Shown piece by piece: positions 25,245 through 29,734 of a DNA stretch of 29,734 bases. The position numbers and the translations under genes are program-made. Numbering within the stretch: position 1 is the stretch's first letter; every line of letters starts with the position of its first letter. The notes beneath the pieces were generated by a model. It had not been told where the DNA came from, ran no database searches, and saw only the letters and a list, made by a program, of their open reading frames with translations. This DNA comes from a virus (Duplodnaviria > Caudoviricetes). The stretch is from IMG/VR virus record IMGVR_UViG_3300036794_000026, positions 1-29,734 of that record. One strand, written 5' to 3'.

Positions 25245-25541
25245 ATGCCAAAGAAAGGCTACAAACAGACTGCGGAGCACCGCGCAGCAATCAGCGCCGC
25301 TACAAAAGGGCCACGCCCTCATGTGCAGAAGGATTCGGCAAGCTACTACGCAGTTCACATTCGTCATCAAAAGCATTGGCCTAAGACGGGTGTTTGCGAG
25401 ATGTGCGGTTCAAAACCTACGACGCGCACCGATTGGGCCTATCTTTTGCATCATGGCGATCCAGGTGGATGGTCAGATTACCGCGAGGATTATGCCGAGG
25501 CTTGTGTTCCGTGCCATCGGATCTTTGATTTGCGCTCTTGA
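25245..25541 (+). CDS. NUMOD3 motif + HNH-like small endonuclease
   Basis: KGYKQTAEHRAAIS (NUMOD3-like), CEMC...DWA...CVPCHRIFD. Confidence 0.6.
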   Translation: MPKKGYKQTAEHRAAISAATKGPRPHVQKDSASYYAVHIRHQKHWPKTGVCEMCGSKPTTRTDWAYLLHHGDPGGWSDYREDYAEACVPCHRIFDLRS

Positions 25542-25566
25542 CTTCTGTTGATCGTTCCGCTAAACT
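25538..25566 (+). promoter_or_regulatory. Sigma70-type promoter, leaderless
   Basis: TTGACT-17 nt-TAAACT; ATG at 25574. Confidence 0.7.
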
Positions 25567-25573
25567 ACGGTGC

Positions 25574-26074
25574 ATGATCAAGGATCTCAATATGCGGACT
25601 ACGAACTCGCCGATCACATCGCTTGTTCGTAAGCTCCAAGAGGACAAGCTGAACATCGATCCGCCGTATCAGCGTGGTTCGGTGTGGGGCATGGATCGCA
25701 AGATTGCGTTGATCAAGTCGATGACGATAGGTCTGCCTATCGGATCGATCTTTCTTGACAATCGTCCTTTCCCGGAATGGCCAGCGGTCATTGACGGTAA
25801 GCAACGCATCCTCGCAGTGCTTGATTGGTTCGAAGATCGCGTTTTCGTGCCATCAGCTTGGTTCGAGGATCGAGAGATCGGGACGTACGCTGAGCTTGTG
25901 TCTTACGGAGCCCTGAGTGACATCGGCCGTCGTCGTTGGGAGAATCACTCTCTCGTTCAGGTCTACTGGTCAAACTTCCGTGGCACCAAGAGTCAAATCG
26001 AGGTCCAGGAGCAAGCGCTGTTCGATCTCATCAACTTCGGTGGAGTACCACAAGGAGAGTCCGATGAGGTATAA
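25574..26074 (+). CDS. DUF262 (ParB-like/GmrSD N-terminal) domain protein
   Basis: PPYQRGSVW, LIKSM..GLPIGSIFL, VIDGKQR, LFDLINFGGVP. Confidence 0.85.
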   Translation: MIKDLNMRTTNSPITSLVRKLQEDKLNIDPPYQRGSVWGMDRKIALIKSMTIGLPIGSIFLDNRPFPEWPAVIDGKQRILAVLDWFEDRVFVPSAWFEDREIGTYAELVSYGALSDIGRRRWENHSLVQVYWSNFRGTKSQIEVQEQALFDLINFGGVPQGESDEV

Positions 26075-26279
26075 CGATGGCAAACGCTTGCGCGTGGATG
26101 CCGAGCGCGTCAGTCATGGCGTAGCGGCTAACCAGTCGCAGGAGAGCTTGGACGAGCAGTTGAAAGACATGCACGTTCTCGCCACACGCTTCGGTTTGTA
26201 CGACGGAGCCGATTGGCTCAAGGATCTCGTCGGACACCGCGAGCGCTACCAGATCGACTTCGGGGAGCTACCGTCATGA
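26064..26279 (+). CDS. Hypothetical protein
   Basis: AAGGAG RBS; MRYNDG start inside track ORF 25917..26279. Confidence 0.6.
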   Translation: MRYNDGKRLRVDAERVSHGVAANQSQESLDEQLKDMHVLATRFGLYDGADWLKDLVGHRERYQIDFGELPS

Positions 26280-26530
26280 GACACAATCCTCGCTGTCGTA
26301 TTTTCAATGAGCCACCTACTCTGCGCGATCCTTCGGATTGCAACTGTGGGGCGATCCCGCGTCTGACGCCTGGACTCTCGCTTGAGCAGGCGATAGCAAA
26401 ACTCACCTTGCGCAAACAGAATCTCGATCACATCTACGAGGGTAGCTCGGCTACGGACGCTGCGTTTCGCTCAGTCCGCGAGGAGGAGCTTGATGTTGCC
26501 TTGGACGTATTGAGGCAGATACGACTATGA
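26276..26530 (+). CDS. Hypothetical protein (H..C...CNC motif)
   Basis: ATGA-coupled start MRHNPRC. Confidence 0.6.
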   Translation: MRHNPRCRIFNEPPTLRDPSDCNCGAIPRLTPGLSLEQAIAKLTLRKQNLDHIYEGSSATDAAFRSVREEELDVALDVLRQIRL

Positions 26531-26628
26531 TGGATGAGCAGAAGGAAAGCGCCGAACTTGCAGAGGGACCAAAGCCGTCCTTTAGACGACGGGCCACCGA
26601 CGTTCTCGTAGATCCGGAGAGATGCTGA
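26527..26628 (+). CDS. 33-aa peptide (not in ORF track)
   Basis: Coupled to both neighbours (ATGA and TGATG overlaps). Confidence 0.35.
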   Translation: MMDEQKESAELAEGPKPSFRRRATDVLVDPERC

Positions 26629-26948
26629 TGTACTTTCGTGCGATAGGGCGCAACCACTACCGCGTCCAGAAGAACAAAGACGACGATACCTTTCATGGGA
26701 CCGTCGAAAAGCAGGAGTACGTGTCCATTGACATGGACACCGGCAAGCGCGTAACGAAGTACTTCTGGAAAGCTCATGGCGCAGCAGGAGGATGGCGTCA
26801 GGCGTCCAAGCAGCAGTTCAAGACACGCGAGGAGGCGGGCGAATTCCTCCTCAAGGAAGCCAAGACCCCCTACTCCTCCAAGAGCATGCACTGGGCCAAA
26901 CACCAGGGCGCATCGGCTGCACTCAAAGTCGCGAAGGAGAAGTCATGA
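26628..26948 (+). CDS. Basic hypothetical protein
   Basis: 106 aa; GGAG upstream; start 26622 or 26628. Confidence 0.7.
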   Translation: MYFRAIGRNHYRVQKNKDDDTFHGTVEKQEYVSIDMDTGKRVTKYFWKAHGAAGGWRQASKQQFKTREEAGEFLLKEAKTPYSSKSMHWAKHQGASAALKVAKEKS

Positions 26949-27154
26949 AGAAGGGGATAGAGTTCCGGGATGAGGACACGGGCACCACGATGTATGTGGA
27001 GTACCAAGAGGGGACGGGCAAGGTACACTTTTGGCTGGATGGTCCCACCTATCGAGATAGTGACAACAGGGACACCAGTGATGAACTCGAATTCGATATC
27101 GACAGGGAGCAGGCCATCGATATCATCCTGTTGCTCGAAGCGGCATTTGCATGA
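26945..27154 (+). CDS. Acidic hypothetical protein
   Basis: AAGGAG RBS; ATGA-coupled MKKGIEF start. Confidence 0.65.
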   Translation: MKKGIEFRDEDTGTTMYVEYQEGTGKVHFWLDGPTYRDSDNRDTSDELEFDIDREQAIDIILLLEAAFA

Positions 27155-27480
27155 TCACGGAACCCCTTGATGGCAAGCGCGGCATGCTCGATCTCGATAA
27201 ATGGGATCGACACAATGGCGGCATAGCTCGCTGTTGCGCAGCCGACTGCGGATGGGAGGGTGTCCCAACCTATGTGGCTGGCGAGGCGCAGACGTGGTGT
27301 CCCAAGTGCGAAGGGTGGTCTTCGGAGTTTGGCGAAGAGCCCAATCTGCGTGAGCGCCCACTTGCCTATGATGTCTACCTGCCAGTTGTTCCCAAACGTC
27401 GTGAGGTCATCAAGATCGGCCGCAATGAGCCATGCCCTTGTGGTAGCGGACTAAAGTGGAAGCGATGCCACGGGCGCTAA
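27151..27480 (+). CDS. Zn-ribbon + SEC-C motif protein
   Basis: C-terminal [21 protein letters not shown] is a SEC-C motif; upstream CCAADC...CPKC. Confidence 0.8.
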   Translation: MITEPLDGKRGMLDLDKWDRHNGGIARCCAADCGWEGVPTYVAGEAQTWCPKCEGWSSEFGEEPNLRERPLAYDVYLPVVPKRREVIKIGRNEPCPCGSGLKWKRCHGR

Positions 27481-27905
27481 GTCACATCGAGGTTTTCTTC
27501 GCAGCGAATGGATTTGGTCCATACCCTTGTGTTTTCTGTGGTAAATTGATCGATGGGCGTCCCGATGCTATTCATCACATCGATGAAGATCAATCTAATG
27601 ATGATCCTCTCAATCTTGGCGCAGCGCATCACGGAGGCCATTCGACGTATCACAATGAAGGTCGTGAACGCCTTGATATACGCGGGGATCGCAATCCGAT
27701 GAGGCGACCAGAGATTCGAGAGCGTGTGGCCGCATCTCTGCGCGGCAAAAAGCGTCCTGATACCACTGAACGTAATCGCACACGCGTCAGATCACCTATT
27801 GAGCTTGAGAATATTCGGAAGGCCGCTCGATCAAAGAAAGGCCGCGAAGATCGCAGAAAGGCAGGGCTTGCGAGCGCAGCGGCGCGTAAGCTAAAGCGCT
27901 CTTGA
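27465..27905 (+). CDS. HNH endonuclease with NUMOD3-like C-terminal DNA-binding repeats
   Basis: CVFC...[15 protein letters not shown]...HSTYH, then RGDRNPM and SLRGKKRP. Confidence 0.75.
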   Translation: MPRALSHIEVFFAANGFGPYPCVFCGKLIDGRPDAIHHIDEDQSNDDPLNLGAAHHGGHSTYHNEGRERLDIRGDRNPMRRPEIRERVAASLRGKKRPDTTERNRTRVRSPIELENIRKAARSKKGREDRRKAGLASAAARKLKRS

Positions 27906-27931
27906 CATATGCTAAAGACTTGTGCTATACT
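27902..27931 (+). promoter_or_regulatory. Strong sigma70-type promoter, leaderless
   Basis: TTGACA-18 nt-TATACT with TGn extension; ATG at 27938. Confidence 0.8.
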
Positions 27932-27937
27932 AGGTCT

Positions 27938-28309
27938 ATGACCGACACAGAGACAACCCAACAGATTCAGGTAGTCGAGCGCATCTACTGGACGGTGCCT
28001 GGCAACTACTCCCCTGGCCCTGAGTTCGCAACCTTCGAGGAGGCCGTTGCTGCGGCCCGCGAGAAGCAGCAGCGCATCGACATTCCTCAAATCGAGAGCG
28101 AGCCCCGCTGGAGCCGCGCATGCGTAGCGCTTCGGCAAAGCTGTCGCTACGCTCCTATCGGTACTGCCAGTGGCAACGACTCTGAGATCCTTCGCTGGGA
28201 GGTCTATCCGGACCGCGTAGCGCTGGTTCCCAAGGGTCAGGGTGGCTTGAGCACTGAGCAGGCCCAAGAGGTCATCAACGCCAAGGCTGGAAGCAAGGGG
28301 TGGGCATGA
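27938..28309 (+). CDS. Hypothetical protein
   Basis: MTDTETTQ start set by the promoter position. Confidence 0.7.
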   Translation: MTDTETTQQIQVVERIYWTVPGNYSPGPEFATFEEAVAAAREKQQRIDIPQIESEPRWSRACVALRQSCRYAPIGTASGNDSEILRWEVYPDRVALVPKGQGGLSTEQAQEVINAKAGSKGWA

Positions 28310-28575
28310 TGGATAGCCACTACCGCACACACCCTCTGTACCAGCGCGCCCTCGAAGTAGGCGGACAGCCCATCGACTGGTCCAACCCCACGGTGGCTCG
28401 TCTCCAGTACGAGATGCGTCACGACTTCACCGAGCAGACACCCACCATCAACCTGATCGCCATGACGACCGGGGTCGAGGACGCAGAAGACCTCCTCATG
28501 GCGCTGACCGAAATCGTGGCGCTGCCGGAGCAGGTGCTCACCTACGACGAAGCTCTTGGAGACGGGAGAAACTGA
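28306..28575 (+). CDS. Hypothetical protein
   Basis: ATGA-coupled. Confidence 0.65.
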   Translation: MMDSHYRTHPLYQRALEVGGQPIDWSNPTVARLQYEMRHDFTEQTPTINLIAMTTGVEDAEDLLMALTEIVALPEQVLTYDEALGDGRN

Positions 28576-28829
28576 TGGACACGGCATACCTAGACACTCT
28601 GATCACAACGTTGGAGTTCCAGGTGCGTTCTTCGGAGGACGAAGTTCGTTCCTTGTCAGGTCGTTTGTCTGATCGGCTCCGTATGCGCCACGACCACGAG
28701 CATCCTGTTCACAATATCGAAATCCAAGGGATGGGTAGCATGATCGATGTTGCCAGCGCCCGCTTGCAAGAGCGTCGCGATTTCCTCAAACTCCTCGAAG
28801 CTCTCAAGGGACACACGAAGAAGGATTGA
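28575..28829 (+). CDS. Hypothetical helical protein
   Basis: GGGAG RBS; TGATG coupling. Confidence 0.65.
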   Translation: MDTAYLDTLITTLEFQVRSSEDEVRSLSGRLSDRLRMRHDHEHPVHNIEIQGMGSMIDVASARLQERRDFLKLLEALKGHTKKD

Positions 28830-28855
28830 CTTCTGCCAAGTGCATCTGCTACACT
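28826..28855 (+). promoter_or_regulatory. Sigma70-type promoter, leaderless
   Basis: TTGACT-18 nt-TACACT with TGn extension; ATG at 28864. Shares TTGACTTCTG with the 25538 promoter. Confidence 0.7.
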
Positions 28856-28863
28856 GCGACGCT

Positions 28864-29232
28864 ATGGAATTCGTACTCGCTCATCCCGACATCGGCCCCA
28901 AGAGCATCCTCATCCTTTTCGATGGCGTGCCCTACGAGGCCGACTCGAATCATCCGTGGTGGGAGGAGATCGTGGATCTCGCGCTCGAAGATGACCCGCG
29001 TGTCTTGGATCTCTTCCCGATTCGTCCTGTTCAGCAACCCAGCGCTCTGGTTGCGCCCGCTCCCAACGAGCGAGCGGCTCTAGCTCTGCTTGTGGCGTTT
29101 GGTGACCGGGATCTGGACGAGGCTGAGTTGAGCAATGAGGATCTCAATCTGATCCGCACCATCTTCGATCAGGCTGGCTTCGGCACTTGCAACGACCCCG
29201 ACTGCAAATACTGCTACGGTGACCGTGCCTGA
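28864..29232 (+). CDS. Hypothetical protein with C-terminal C..C..C motif
   Basis: MEFVLAHP start inside track ORF 28747..29232; ends CNDPDCKYC. Confidence 0.65.
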   Translation: MEFVLAHPDIGPKSILILFDGVPYEADSNHPWWEEIVDLALEDDPRVLDLFPIRPVQQPSALVAPAPNERAALALLVAFGDRDLDEAELSNEDLNLIRTIFDQAGFGTCNDPDCKYCYGDRA

Positions 29233-29641
29233 GCCACACCCTGATACTCTGGGCTGGGCCATCAAGTATCGCGACGCCACAGAGGAGGATCGCTGTGACA
29301 ACGCGGACTGCGGCTGGTGCCATCCTGCCGTAGCGCCGGATGTACAGGCGCGCGCTGAGGTCGATGCGCATCTCAATCGCATCAATGTCGGCGCGCTGCT
29401 TTCACCGGGGCGCACCATCGAAGGCTTGCAGCAGACGATCCGTCTGCGCGGGGAAGAGATCGAGGAGCTAGTTGTCGAACGCGACGACTACGCACATCGA
29501 TTGATGGATAAGACAGAGGACTACGAGATTGCTTGTGAGCTTATCGGGTACTGGCAGGATCGTGCCCTCTATCTGGAGGCTGCGATTAGAACTTACGCAG
29601 ATCACGTCTGGAACGACATCGAGCAAACGCCGGGAACCTAA
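29219..29641 (+). CDS. Hypothetical protein (CDNADCGWC + coiled coil)
   Basis: 140-aa ORF; GTG start at 29219 or 29225. Confidence 0.6.
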   Translation: MTVPEPHPDTLGWAIKYRDATEEDRCDNADCGWCHPAVAPDVQARAEVDAHLNRINVGALLSPGRTIEGLQQTIRLRGEEIEELVVERDDYAHRLMDKTEDYEIACELIGYWQDRALYLEAAIRTYADHVWNDIEQTPGT

Positions 29642-29734
29642 AGAGACATCGATGCCTACTGGTTACACATCCACTCTGTATGACGGTGAGCAGGATTTCC
29701 AAGACTTCGCGATGGGAGCAGCGAGGGCCTTCGG

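Noticed and set aside
1-29734. CRISPR array, tRNA/rRNA genes, integrase or transposase
   Set aside because: No regularly spaced repeats, cloverleaf or recombinase motifs seen by eye, and intergenic gaps are very short. A tRNAscan/Infernal run would confirm.

Overview
The window is a GC-rich tailed-phage segment with essentially all credible genes on the + strand. The host is probably an actinomycete, judging from leaderless starts and a portal/TerL style recalling large Bxz1-like actinophages (inference). Left part: a head/packaging module with an intein-containing terminase large subunit, three low-complexity or Cys-rich putative head proteins, a free-standing HNH gene and the portal. Middle: a nucleotide-metabolism cluster (metallophosphoesterase, DUF5664-type dATP/dGTP diphosphohydrolase, DUF4406-like protein, PNK-like kinase) and a PD-(D/E)XK nuclease. 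It then carries two very large modular proteins. The 1248-aa one runs ART-like + YunG-like Cys-His-Asp domain + unknown repeats/Zn fingers + CCA-adding enzyme/HD. The ~1004-aa one runs Pol-beta nucleotidyltransferase with an intein + Acb1-like 2H phosphodiesterase + HiPIP-like 4-Cys domain + unknown modules. Right part: a SWIM-finger protein and many small ORFs behind sigma70-type, mostly leaderless promoters (DUF262, SEC-C, two HNH/NUMOD3). The most interesting signal is a short [K/R]-x-[A/S] motif (often KTA/RTA) at domain boundaries of both large proteins, also recurring in the portal and head proteins. This suggests virion-packaged polyproteins cut into anti-defence and RNA-repair enzymes. 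All family assignments come from motif recognition by eye; no database search was run. No tRNA, rRNA or CRISPR array was seen.
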